Assembly: GCA_031961525.1 (NCBI GenBank)
Contig: JAVRLI010000002.1
Location: 1 to 36,612, forward strand
Source of the DNA: Thermoplasmatota archaeon
GTDB lineage: Archaea > Thermoplasmatota > Thermoplasmata > Thermoplasmatales > ARK-15
Direction: 5' to 3'
DNA length: 36,612 bases
Position numbers and translations under genes: made by a program. Each line of letters starts with the position of its first letter. The first letter of the stretch is position 1. Positions 8,537 to 17,701 of the stretch are shown here, one piece after another. Below the pieces are notes generated by a model, which saw only the letters and a list, made by a program, of their open reading frames with translations, did not search any database and was not told the DNA's origin.

Positions 8537-10456
8537 ATGGGAATGAAAAGGGAAATTAACGGCAAATTTTCAATCAAAAACATATTGGCCGTTATTTCCA
8601 TTACCTTACTTGGTATTTTTTTAAGAATATTACCATCATACAAATATCCAATCTGGGGTGTTGATTTTGGTATCTATTACAATTTAACATCAAAATATTT
8701 TTTAACAAACCAGATTTTTCCCAATTTCCAATCCATATGGGGATCCTCAGGTTATGGTTATTTCCCTGTTTTTTACTGGATTATGGGTCTTGTTTATAAA
8801 CTTACAGGAATGAGCGTCCAGTTCATCCTTTTACATATTTCACCAATTTTCGCCGGTCTTACGGTTCCAATAATTTTTATAATAGCAAAAAAATTAACTG
8901 GTAGTAAGCAAATCGGTATAATTGCTTCACTTTTATATGCAATAAATCCAATGGATGTATTTGAAACATCCATGGTTGGTCTCTTGATTTTCGGTCATTT
9001 GTTCTTACTTTTGTCCATACTTTTTTATCTTTATACATGGAAGAATACAAAATACTACATTTTACTTTCTCTATCATCACTTGCCCTTATATTGTCCCAC
9101 CATCTCAGCACCTACATGTACATAATTTCCATTGTTGGCATAATATTTTTCAGAAGAATTTTTGATAATGATTATAAGACTTTCAGGTATGATTTCATAT
9201 ATTTGATTGCATTTTCATCTTCCATATTCTTTTACTGGTTAACCTTCATACCATCAATGCAGGGATTTTTCTCAGATGCCTTTAATGGGTTTTTGCCCTG
9301 GTTTGTAATTATAATCCTATACTTTTCAACTGTTTCCCTTTTAATTTTCTACGCAAATAAATTCAAAAATTTCATTCTTTCAATCAAAAGATTATTTAAG
9401 TTTGAATTGAGGGACAGGTACCTTTACCTTTCATTTCTTTTCACATCCATTACAATTTTTATTATCCTTTCAACCACAGGGATAAATGGAATAAGGATAA
9501 CAAATTACGGTTTACTTTATGCACTCCCATATATTCTTGTTTTCAGTTTTGTCGGTATTGGCTTAAAACATATTAAAAATCATAAAAAAGCAAGAATATT
9601 TCTTTTTGGATGGTTCTCCCTTCTAACAATTTCATTGATCTTTTCAACAATAACCTGGAATAGTATTCTCATTCCATACCGTTATCTTGAGTACATATTC
9701 GAACCACTTTCAATTATATCTGCAATAGGCATCTATTACATTTACAAACAGTTACCATCACACCAGATGAATGATCAAAACATTGTTTACGTTCCTGCAA
9801 GGATTGAAAACAATGTAATTACCCTGTTCTATGGTTTTGAAAACAGGCTTGTCTATTCCGTTCCATTGATTACAGGTATATCCCATTCAATTATTATTTC
9901 AAGAAAAAATGGGTACAGAAATATAAAAAGGGTTTTTGCACTGTTTTTAATTTTTTCAATTATTTTTTCAATAGGTACCATATATCCACTTGCTGAACAG
10001 GTAAGCGGAACATCACAGAATTATGTTACGAACGTAATGATGAGCGGAATAATGTGGCTTGAAAAGAATGGAAATAAGAATTATTCTGTTGCAACAGATG
10101 CAGTGGATGGATTATATTTAAAGGCACTGGGTTTTAACACAACATTTGAATACACATACAAACTTTGGAATTCATCAAACTGGTACGATGCAATCTATGA
10201 ACTTGAAGGTCTGAATGGCACATATCCAAGGGTTGGCTATGTTTTAATCAATTCCAACATGTACTGTAATGGTGTTTATGGGTATGAGCTCAGCACACAT
10301 CCGTCCTACGATCCTCCTGTAATAATATCAAATTCATCCTTTGAGAAATTTTTCAATGAGCCATTTATTGAGGTATATTACAATTCCACACAGGATGGAT
10401 CACAGTGGGTCTATGTTTTCCAGGTGAACTGGACGTATATAGATAATTATAGATAA
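8537..10456 (+). CDS. Polytopic membrane protein, GT-C-like (ArnT/PMT-type) glycosyltransferase candidate
   Basis: 639 aa. There are more than 10 predicted TM helices and an early loop with acidic residues (WGVDFGIYYN, NPMDVFE). A C-terminal soluble domain of about 150 aa is rich in N-x-S/T sequons. No WWDYG motif, so this is not a canonical AglB/STT3. A second ATG at 8543 has better SD spacing (GGTGA). Confidence 0.55.
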   Translation: MGMKREINGKFSIKNILAVISITLLGIFLRILPSYKYPIWGVDFGIYYNLTSKYFLTNQIFPNFQSIWGSSGYGYFPVFYWIMGLVYKLTGMSVQFILLHISPIFAGLTVPIIFIIAKKLTGSKQIGIIASLLYAINPMDVFETSMVGLLIFGHLFLLLSILFYLYTWKNTKYYILLSLSSLALILSHHLSTYMYIISIVGIIFFRRIFDNDYKTFRYDFIYLIAFSSSIFFYWLTFIPSMQGFFSDAFNGFLPWFVIIILYFSTVSLLIFYANKFKNFILSIKRLFKFELRDRYLYLSFLFTSITIFIILSTTGINGIRITNYGLLYALPYILVFSFVGIGLKHIKNHKKARIFLFGWFSLLTISLIFSTITWNSILIPYRYLEYIFEPLSIISAIGIYYIYKQLPSHQMNDQNIVYVPARIENNVITLFYGFENRLVYSVPLITGISHSIIISRKNGYRNIKRVFALFLIFSIIFSIGTIYPLAEQVSGTSQNYVTNVMMSGIMWLEKNGNKNYSVATDAVDGLYLKALGFNTTFEYTYKLWNSSNWYDAIYELEGLNGTYPRVGYVLINSNMYCNGVYGYELSTHPSYDPPVIISNSSFEKFFNEPFIEVYYNSTQDGSQWVYVFQVNWTYIDNYR

Positions 10457-10459
10457 AAA

Positions 10460-10966
10460 TTATTTTTCAATAACACCAATGTAAGGTGTAAATACCCTTG
10501 ATTGCATGTTAAGGCATTCGTTCAGTTTAAATTCAACAATCAATTTGATGTTTTCATGAGGCTGGATAGTGAAAGGATGGTTTATGAAGGCGAAGTTTGA
10601 TGAAAGGTTGAATGTTACATTAATACCGCTCATGTTTACAACAACTGATGTTATGTAAAGTCTTATCATTGTATATTTTCCTGGCTGTAAACTTATGTTA
10701 CCAAGCAAAACTGAATTGTTCACGCTTGTTCCAAAAATATTCACCGTTCTCTGCCCAATTGTATAATTCACCCATCCGCTCTGATTACCATGTATTTCAA
10801 TACTTGAAAATGTTATATATACTGCTGAGACCGTATTGTTAGGTGAATCAGAAACATATATGGATAGTGATCCATTGTTCATTGTTGAAAAATAACCGTA
10901 TATACCATAAATGCCGAGAGCTATAAGAAGGATCGCAACAATATACGTTAATAACTTACTTCTCAT
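10460..10966 (-). CDS. Membrane-anchored DUF4382-like secreted protein
   Basis: 168 aa. An N-terminal signal anchor (LLTYIVAILLIALGIYGIYGY) is followed by an all-beta pattern (LSIYVSDSP....VYITFSSIEIH...GWV......VNIFG......LGNISLQPGKYTMIRLYI) typical of DUF4382. Many N-x-S/T sequons. Confidence 0.55.
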   Translation of the reverse strand: MRSKLLTYIVAILLIALGIYGIYGYFSTMNNGSLSIYVSDSPNNTVSAVYITFSSIEIHGNQSGWVNYTIGQRTVNIFGTSVNNSVLLGNISLQPGKYTMIRLYITSVVVNMSGINVTFNLSSNFAFINHPFTIQPHENIKLIVEFKLNECLNMQSRVFTPYIGVIEK

Positions 10967-11008
10967 TAATAAAAGTAAAGGTTTTGGTTTAAATAAAACT
11001 TTCCAAAA

Positions 11009-11965
11009 CTATTCCTTTCTTGAAAGGTTTGCAAATTTGGCTAAAAGTGCATCAAGCTGTATTTTATCACTTCCACCTTCAACAATCCTGTATTCTGTAT
11101 CCGCAAGAGTTTCAAGCATTTTCACAAGTTTTTCTTCAGGTATTGAAATTGTAAAAAGTTCCCTGTGTATCTGCCTTAAAATATCCTCTGCAGCTATACC
11201 ATACTCTATTATCATCTTATCCATCATTTCCCTTGCCTTTATAAAATCACCCTGAAGTGCCTTTTCAAGCATCTTCCTTATTTCCTCCCTTGTTGCAAGT
11301 CCGGATGCCCTGTATATTATATCGCTTGTGATTTTTTCACCCATTGTTGCAGCTGCCTGTAAAATATTTATTGATTTCCTCATATCACCATCAGCAATGA
11401 TATGAATTGCATCAAGCGCATCCTGATCGATCTTCAAATTTTCTTTTTCCGCTATGTATTTCAGCCTTTTTTCTACATCCTCCTTCGATAGAGGTTTGAA
11501 CCTGAATATTGCGCATCTTGACTGTATTGGTTCTATGATCCTTGATGAATAATTAACTGATAGTATGAACCTGCATGTTTTTGAAAACTTTTCCATGGTT
11601 CTTCTAAGTGCTGCCTGTGCATCGGCTGTTAAATGATCTGCCTCATCAAGAAAGATGATCTTAAAACCAACAGGATTGTTTGATGCCGTTCTTGCATAAT
11701 CCTTTATCTGCCCCCTCACAACATCAATTCCCCTTTCATCACTTGCGTTCAATTCATTGAAGCTTTCCTTCCAGTCATCTCCAAATAGTTCCGTGGCCAG
11801 GGCTATTGCACTTGTTGTTTTACCAGTTCCCGCAGGACCTGCAAAAATAAGGTGCGGCATGTTCTTTTCCTTAACGTATGCTTTCAATCTCTCAACTATC
11901 ATATCCTGACCTACTATTTCGTCAAGCCTTTTGGGTCTGTACTTTTCAACCCACACATCTTCCAT
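11009..11965 (-). CDS. rfcS: Replication factor C small subunit
   Basis: 318 aa. WVEKYRP box, Walker A GPAGTGKTT, DEAD Walker B (FLDEADHL), SRC motif (IQSRCAIFRF). No intein. GGAGG SD lies 7 nt upstream. Confidence 0.95.
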   Translation of the reverse strand: MEDVWVEKYRPKRLDEIVGQDMIVERLKAYVKEKNMPHLIFAGPAGTGKTTSAIALATELFGDDWKESFNELNASDERGIDVVRGQIKDYARTASNNPVGFKIIFLDEADHLTADAQAALRRTMEKFSKTCRFILSVNYSSRIIEPIQSRCAIFRFKPLSKEDVEKRLKYIAEKENLKIDQDALDAIHIIADGDMRKSINILQAAATMGEKITSDIIYRASGLATREEIRKMLEKALQGDFIKAREMMDKMIIEYGIAAEDILRQIHRELFTISIPEEKLVKMLETLADTEYRIVEGGSDKIQLDALLAKFANLSRKE

Positions 11966-12113
11966 GGTGTTTCCTCCAGATGAATATAAACATTCACAAT
12001 TTTATATTTTTCTATTATGGAATTGAAAATTTTTTATAAAATTAGAAATTTTATAAAATATTAAATACTATTTTCACATCTTGGTAATACCTGAGATATC
12101 GGGTGTGATCACA

Positions 12114-12842
12114 ATGAATGCGGGAGATATCGTTAAATTAACCTACAATCTGTGGGTTGTTGACCAGGATAAGGAAACTCTGTTCGATACAACGGATGAG
12201 AATTTTGCAAAGGAGAACGGTATTTACGATCCGGACAGAAAATACGGACCAGAAATTTACATAATAGGTAAAAAAATGCTTCTTGAAACCGTTGAAAAAC
12301 AGATCATGAATGCAGAGGTAGGAAAGGAATATGACATAATACTTGAACCCAAGGATGCCTATGGTGAAAGAAATCCGAACCTTGTAAAGGTTGTATCAAT
12401 GAGGGAATTTGAGAAAAATAAAATAACACCTGAAATTGGAAAATTTGTTACAATCAATGGCCAGAGGGGCAAGGTAGTGAACATTACACCTGGCAGGGTT
12501 CTTGTTGATTTTAACCATCCCCTTGCAGGTAAAAAATTACATTATAAAGTTACGGTGAAGGAGATTGTTGAAGGTCTTGAAAATAAAGTTCTGGCAATAA
12601 TTGAAATGGCATACGGAAAGGACAAGGATCAATTCAAGGTAAAGGAATTGGATGATCACATTGAAATTAAACTTGCAGAGAGCTGCAAGTACAGGAACGA
12701 ATGGTTCACAAGCAAATACTACATAGTTGGAACATTAAGGGATTACACACAGAAGGATATATATTTCATTGAGGTTTACGAGGGTAAGAAGGAGGAGAAA
12801 AAGGAGGAAAAGAAAGAAGAGGGTATGATAACTCAATCATAA
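12114..12842 (+). CDS. FKBP-type peptidyl-prolyl cis-trans isomerase (long archaeal type)
   Basis: FKBP core motifs: VKLTYNLWV...LFDTT and GRVLVDFNHPLAGKKLHYKVTVKEI. I prefer ATG 12114, which has GGTG 8 nt upstream, over the TTG at 12081 used in the track. KE-rich C-terminal tail. Confidence 0.85.
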   Translation: MNAGDIVKLTYNLWVVDQDKETLFDTTDENFAKENGIYDPDRKYGPEIYIIGKKMLLETVEKQIMNAEVGKEYDIILEPKDAYGERNPNLVKVVSMREFEKNKITPEIGKFVTINGQRGKVVNITPGRVLVDFNHPLAGKKLHYKVTVKEIVEGLENKVLAIIEMAYGKDKDQFKVKELDDHIEIKLAESCKYRNEWFTSKYYIVGTLRDYTQKDIYFIEVYEGKKEEKKEEKKEEGMITQS

Positions 12843-12961
12843 ATTTTTGAAATTTTTTCGATATTTCTGGATCCAGTTATTTTTTAAAAAGTTCAAACAT
12901 TTTTTATTGATTTTCAATCACTTATCAATATAAAAAATAAATATAAAAAGATAAAATATTT
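12843..12961. terminator. Convergent intergenic region with oligo-T runs on both strands
   Basis: T5-T6 runs lie directly after the FKBP stop (TAAATTTTTGAAATTTTTTCG). Equivalent T runs are read on the minus strand after the surface-protein stop. Archaeal termination typically occurs at oligo-T tracts. Confidence 0.4.
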
Positions 12962-15925
12962 TTATTCCTTATGCATCAGTTTTCCCTTTTGTTCTTCCTT
13001 TTTCTTTTCCTTCTTTGGCTGTTTTGGTCCCTTCCTGATTCTCCAAATAACAAGACCTATTATTGCAATTATTGCTATTATGCCTATGATCAATGCAGGT
13101 AATTTCCATGCTGCCTGGTTAACGCTGACAACCTTTGATTGCACATTGTCACCAAGGAATATGGAAGGTTCTTCAGGTGTGTAAACTTCAAATTTAAGTG
13201 TGAAGTTACCCGATGATGGTGGTGTCCAGTTTAAAATGACCATGACAGTTTTTTTAACACCAAGGTTTTTCATTGTTATATTTTCAACAACCTTTCCATT
13301 GGCTGTTAAATTGACATAATATATTGTTGCATTTGCATTACCTGTGTTTGTAATATTTACCCTGAACTGACCCTGAACACCCTCCGTGAAATTACCCGTC
13401 CAGGTTACATTGTTAATGATAAGGTCAGGTGCAACAGGTGAAACCCTAAGTGTTCTATTGGCAATATTGTAGTTACCTGATTCATCTGAAACATTGAGAA
13501 GGATGAAGTATGTGCCGTAATTGTTGAATCTTATCTTTACAACACTCTGGTTCAGCGATCCGGAAACAATTGTGTAATTTGTTGAATTCAGGAGAACCTT
13601 TCCTGATGAATTCTTTATTGTCCAGTTGTATGAAGCTATGGTACCATTCTGTGGATCGTATGAACCCGTTCCATTAAGTATAACAATCTGTCCCTGCATT
13701 ATGTTTGTTACCTGTGCACCGGTACTATTCTGGAAAACAATAACCGGTACAGGTTTAACAGTATCATGAACGATTACCTTTATTGATACCGTTACATTGT
13801 TTCCAACCTGATCGCTGTATGTAACATTTACCCAGTCGTATGAATTCCTTGTTGGATATGTGAACGTATAATTAACCCAGTTTCCTGAGAATTTTGAACC
13901 TGCAATGTTCCAGAAAACATTTGTTGCAGCATGTGAATTAATATAACCATTCAATGTATCACTGATGGATTTTACATTGAAAGTATACATTTGATTTTCA
14001 TTCACCTGTATTGGTCCAAAAACACCCTTTCCATTTTGGATTGTTAATGTATTTCCAGTTCCATTGTAATAGTAGTAAAGTGTAGAATTGAGATAGTAAA
14101 CATTCCATGTTAGGATTGTTGTTTTACCATAGCTTATTAATGATGTGCTTGATGGATATGCACCATCCGCATAAACAATAATGTTTGTGTAATTTACATT
14201 TTTACCAACATCTGTAACCGTAAGATTTATGTAATGTATTCCTGGTGAAAAGTTAAAGCTTACATTAGCCAATCCCTTTCCAGATTTGACTATTCCCTCG
14301 GAGCTCCAGGAGAACGTGAAATTGCTCCATGGCTCCTGGGACCTTACCATATCCCTTACCGCAAGGCTTGCATTGAAGAAAGCATTTTTGTTTGCAGGTA
14401 TTAAAACAGTGAAATTCTTAGCAGTGTTGTTAATAATATAATTTCCCGGTGACATGCCTGGCCAGTATATAACAAATGTGCTCTGACTCAATGTTATTTC
14501 AGGTGGTACCCTTTTCTTTAGATCAAGTTCAATTATCTTAGATGCCTGTGCATTTGTTAGATTAACTGTGTTAATGTATGAGCTAACTGTTATTCCGCTA
14601 ACGGTGTTTGATATTTCATATCCCTGTGGTATATTTAAAGTATAATTGTAAACGTTCTGTGCACCGTATGGAATATTCTTTAAAACATTTAGATATATGG
14701 GTATGTATGATTGTGATGAAAGCAATGACGATACATTGACTGATGAATTATAGTAAATTGCATTTATTTGAACAGTAAAACCATTATAATCTATGTTAAT
14801 GTTTCCAACAGAATAGGATTCAAGTGAATAAACATAGTTACCTACTGTTATGTACTGTGAAGAATATTCCCTGAGTGAATTTAAAAAGAATGTTTTAAGT
14901 GAACTTGAATTCATGTTGTTGTAAAGAAGCTGATAATAGAGGATTGTTATTGATGAATATGGTAATGACCTTAGAACAGTTTTGTTGTTTAATAGTATTG
15001 TCTGATTGTAGTATATTGTTCTGAAATCTTTTGAAAATGTGAAATAATTGTTGTAATAGTTGTATACCTTTGTTAATTTAACTGGATAGAAACCTGCTGT
15101 TGACGGTATACTTGATATTGAGTATCCATCAGCTGTAACATAGATTGAATAGCTTCCAGGATAAAGGTAAAAATCAAAGACACCATTGTTTGATGTTATT
15201 GTGTACCATATGTTTCCATTGTTGAAAATGTTAACGTAAACAGTGGTTGAAACAATTGTATTTTTTGATGCATCCTCAACAGTACCGAATATGTGGTTGA
15301 AGGATGAGAGATCAACAGTTGTTGATTGATTCAAAGGTAAGTAATAATTTTCTGTTATACCATTCATATTTGTTGTAATTTTAACAACAAATGGTAATGT
15401 TGGGGCATTAAATGTAACATTACCAACGGATCCCGTATATCCTGAAAAGAACTGTGTATTAAAAATATAGGCACTGACATAGGCGCCCGTAACAGGGGAT
15501 CCATTGTTATCAACATTCAAAGTTATGCTTTTTGTGAGGGATAACCTTGGAACAATAACATATGTGGAATTAACACCCGATGTTGTCACTGTTACGAATG
15601 AAACTGTGTGCTTGAAAACATAATTTCCAATCATTATGGACGGAACATTCACTATATAATTACCAACCGGAACATTGTTGAATGTCACTGTTGGTGTTGA
15701 AACCTGGGATCCTATCACATTACCATAATAGTCCATTAACTGTACATTTGCCCCGGACAGGAAATCAACCTTTCCGGAAACAATATCCTTATACATTATC
15801 ACCAGGCTCACATTTTCAGTCTCAACACTCTGGGCACTGGCAAGCACTGGAACAAAAAAAGAACTCACTAGAAGCACTGAAATAATCACTAACGCGAATG
15901 TGCTTTTTGTTCTGTAGCTTTTCAA
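12962..15925 (-). CDS. Large surface (S-layer-like / major membrane) glycoprotein candidate
   Basis: 987 aa. Signal peptide MKSYRTKSTFALVIISVLLVSSFFVPVLASAQS. N/S/T/Y/V-rich beta-type repeats. PKD-like segment (LNGTGSYDPQNGTIASYNWTI...LLNVSDESGN). CARDB-like segment (DLIINNVTWTG...RVNITNTGNANA...LNWTPPSSGNFTLKFEV). One C-terminal TM (LPALIIGIIAIIAIIGLVIW) plus a K-rich tail. TTG start with GGAGGG 8 nt upstream. Confidence 0.8.
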   Translation of the reverse strand: MKSYRTKSTFALVIISVLLVSSFFVPVLASAQSVETENVSLVIMYKDIVSGKVDFLSGANVQLMDYYGNVIGSQVSTPTVTFNNVPVGNYIVNVPSIMIGNYVFKHTVSFVTVTTSGVNSTYVIVPRLSLTKSITLNVDNNGSPVTGAYVSAYIFNTQFFSGYTGSVGNVTFNAPTLPFVVKITTNMNGITENYYLPLNQSTTVDLSSFNHIFGTVEDASKNTIVSTTVYVNIFNNGNIWYTITSNNGVFDFYLYPGSYSIYVTADGYSISSIPSTAGFYPVKLTKVYNYYNNYFTFSKDFRTIYYNQTILLNNKTVLRSLPYSSITILYYQLLYNNMNSSSLKTFFLNSLREYSSQYITVGNYVYSLESYSVGNINIDYNGFTVQINAIYYNSSVNVSSLLSSQSYIPIYLNVLKNIPYGAQNVYNYTLNIPQGYEISNTVSGITVSSYINTVNLTNAQASKIIELDLKKRVPPEITLSQSTFVIYWPGMSPGNYIINNTAKNFTVLIPANKNAFFNASLAVRDMVRSQEPWSNFTFSWSSEGIVKSGKGLANVSFNFSPGIHYINLTVTDVGKNVNYTNIIVYADGAYPSSTSLISYGKTTILTWNVYYLNSTLYYYYNGTGNTLTIQNGKGVFGPIQVNENQMYTFNVKSISDTLNGYINSHAATNVFWNIAGSKFSGNWVNYTFTYPTRNSYDWVNVTYSDQVGNNVTVSIKVIVHDTVKPVPVIVFQNSTGAQVTNIMQGQIVILNGTGSYDPQNGTIASYNWTIKNSSGKVLLNSTNYTIVSGSLNQSVVKIRFNNYGTYFILLNVSDESGNYNIANRTLRVSPVAPDLIINNVTWTGNFTEGVQGQFRVNITNTGNANATIYYVNLTANGKVVENITMKNLGVKKTVMVILNWTPPSSGNFTLKFEVYTPEEPSIFLGDNVQSKVVSVNQAAWKLPALIIGIIAIIAIIGLVIWRIRKGPKQPKKEKKKEEQKGKLMHKE

Positions 15926-16185
15926 ATATCATCCCTCCAATGAAAGGAGTTAGAGATAGGAAATCCATTTCAATATTAAATATTTTTCTTAATTGGGTAG
16001 AGAGTTAAGTTACCTTGAAAATCAAATATAAAAAAGTATAAAAGTATTCCGTTAAGAGCAATGGTAATAAAATATAATGTGTTTAGAATAATGGATGCAA
16101 TCTGATGATAACTTTAAAAGGTGAAGATTTCAATAAAAATGATTAAAGTGAGAAAAAAATTAAAAAATGAAAATAATTCACAGAT

Positions 16186-16587
16186 ATGATATTTGAAAGT
16201 GATTATAGAGTTGCATGGGTTGACACGGATACACTTGGAATTGTGCATTTTTCAAACTATTTCAGAATATGTGAAAGAGTGGAGGAGGAATTTTTGAATC
16301 ATCTTGGTTTTTCAGAGGAATACAGGAAAGAAATACTTTTACCAAGGGTAATGGCAAAATGCGATTACAGATATCCGCTTAGATTCAATGAAATAGCTCA
16401 TGTTTCAATGAAAATAGATGAAATTGGAAAGAAACACATTACCTATGCATTCGAAATATACAACAGAAATCAGGGAAAAATTTCCGCTATTTGCAAAATA
16501 ACTGTTGTTGCAATAAACAGGGATTTTAAATCCATACCAATACCAGAAACTTTTATAGAAAAAATAAAACCCTATTTTGAAGGATAA
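16186..16587 (+). CDS. 4HBT/YbgC-type acyl-CoA thioesterase (hotdog fold)
   Basis: 133 aa. YRVAWVDTDTLGIVHFSNYFRICE is the characteristic hotdog thioesterase N-terminal motif, including the catalytic Asp region. Confidence 0.75.
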   Translation: MIFESDYRVAWVDTDTLGIVHFSNYFRICERVEEEFLNHLGFSEEYRKEILLPRVMAKCDYRYPLRFNEIAHVSMKIDEIGKKHITYAFEIYNRNQGKISAICKITVVAINRDFKSIPIPETFIEKIKPYFEG

Positions 16588-17642
16588 GTTTCAACAACGT
16601 TAATTTTTCTCATTCTCAATTCATGCTTTATTTTTTCAAACTTTTCTTTTTCAAAGCCAAGGAATTCAGGTGGATAAACACCTTTGTAATCAATAACATC
16701 AAGCAATCTTGTGATTATTGCCGCCGTGAAACCCGTCATTTTACCCATTGATGATATTTCATCCATCTCCTGTTTATCGTAAACATAGAGATCAATGTTC
16801 TTTTCTCCAATTCCTTTAACAAGCAGTAGTGAAATATCTGTAACATTTGTTTTCAATCTTTCAAAAAGTTTTTCTGTTAAAATCCTTGGAACACAGCCAC
16901 CAATGTTTTCGGATGAAAAATAACCAAGATCCCTTAAGAGTTTAATTTTTTCAAGATGTCCGGGATACCTTATTGTCTTTTCAAAAATATTTTTCACACC
17001 AATTGTTTTTAAAAGTGTTCTTAAACCGTCTGAATAGAATGTTTCAAATGCACCAAGACTTGATATGCAGAATGGTTCAATTTTATCAAGAGGATCTATT
17101 GTGAAAATTTTTCCATCCTTGATGTATCTTGCTTGCCTTGTGTATTCATCTATCAGACCCTCAACGTTCCAGGTTATTGCATAGTCCAATGGGGGAATTT
17201 TCCTTTCAGGTAAACCACCAACGTATATTTCAATGCTATCAATGTTATTAAAATTTTTATAGATATAACCTGCAAAAATGTTGCTCAAACCTGGTGCAAA
17301 TCCCGCATCAGGTATGAATATAACACCATTTTCTTTTGCAAGGGAATCAAGCTGGAATGGATCCTCCGGCATGAAAGATATGTCAACAACGTTCTTTCCA
17401 TTCATTATCAATTTTTTTATTATTTCAAAGGATACACTACCCGGCAGAGCCGAAACAACAGTATCAATTCTATCAAGAATATCTTTCCTATCAAATATGT
17501 TATCTGAGAATTTTCTTTCAACATTGATTTTATCAAGCGCACTTTTTGATTTATCAAAAACAAAAATTTCATGGTCTTTGGATAGATCGTATATTATTGC
17601 CCTTCCAACCATGCCGGCACCCAAAACAGCTATTTCATTCAT
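16572..17642 (-). CDS. Saccharopine dehydrogenase-like NAD(P) oxidoreductase
   Basis: 356 aa. N-terminal Rossmann motif VLGAGMVGR. AGFAPGLSNIFAGY and the C-terminal Sacchrp_dh_C-like half (WNVEGLIDEY...ETFYSDGLRTL). COG1748-type. Confidence 0.8.
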   Translation of the reverse strand: MNEIAVLGAGMVGRAIIYDLSKDHEIFVFDKSKSALDKINVERKFSDNIFDRKDILDRIDTVVSALPGSVSFEIIKKLIMNGKNVVDISFMPEDPFQLDSLAKENGVIFIPDAGFAPGLSNIFAGYIYKNFNNIDSIEIYVGGLPERKIPPLDYAITWNVEGLIDEYTRQARYIKDGKIFTIDPLDKIEPFCISSLGAFETFYSDGLRTLLKTIGVKNIFEKTIRYPGHLEKIKLLRDLGYFSSENIGGCVPRILTEKLFERLKTNVTDISLLLVKGIGEKNIDLYVYDKQEMDEISSMGKMTGFTAAIITRLLDVIDYKGVYPPEFLGFEKEKFEKIKHELRMRKINVVETYPSK

Positions 17643-17701
17643 AATTTAAACATGAAATTTAAGAATAAAATTTTATCCCTTTATCTTTCAGGATTTATAA
17701 T

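Noticed and set aside
12029-12060. Two palindromic ATTTTATAAAAT-like boxes between the divergent rfcS and FKBP genes, and the TACCT-TATAT-AGGTA element at 19291-19305
   Set aside because: They are best explained as symmetric TATA boxes serving divergent promoters in AT-rich DNA. Nothing suggests a specific operator.
12781-12830. Short purine-rich repeats (AAGGAGGAGAAAAAGGAGGAAAAGAAAGAAGAG)
   Set aside because: This is in-frame coding sequence for the KE-rich C-terminal tail of the FKBP protein (KKEEKKEEKKEE). It is not a CRISPR or regulatory repeat. No CRISPR-like repeat-spacer periodicity occurs anywhere in the window.
15926-15940. Out-of-frame ATG (15932-15930, minus strand) between the SD and the TTG start of the surface-protein gene
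   Set aside because: It lies 1 nt from the GGAGGG SD, which is too close. It opens only a ~35-codon frame without signal-peptide character. The TTG at 15925 gives a textbook signal peptide.
16090-16165. C/D-box sRNA-like words (CTGATGATAA, TGAAGA, TGATTAA, GTGAG) upstream of the thioesterase gene
   Set aside because: The box order and spacing do not fit a C - guide - D-prime - C-prime - guide - D architecture; CTGA and TGATGA are fused with no guide between them. This is most likely chance in a promoter region.
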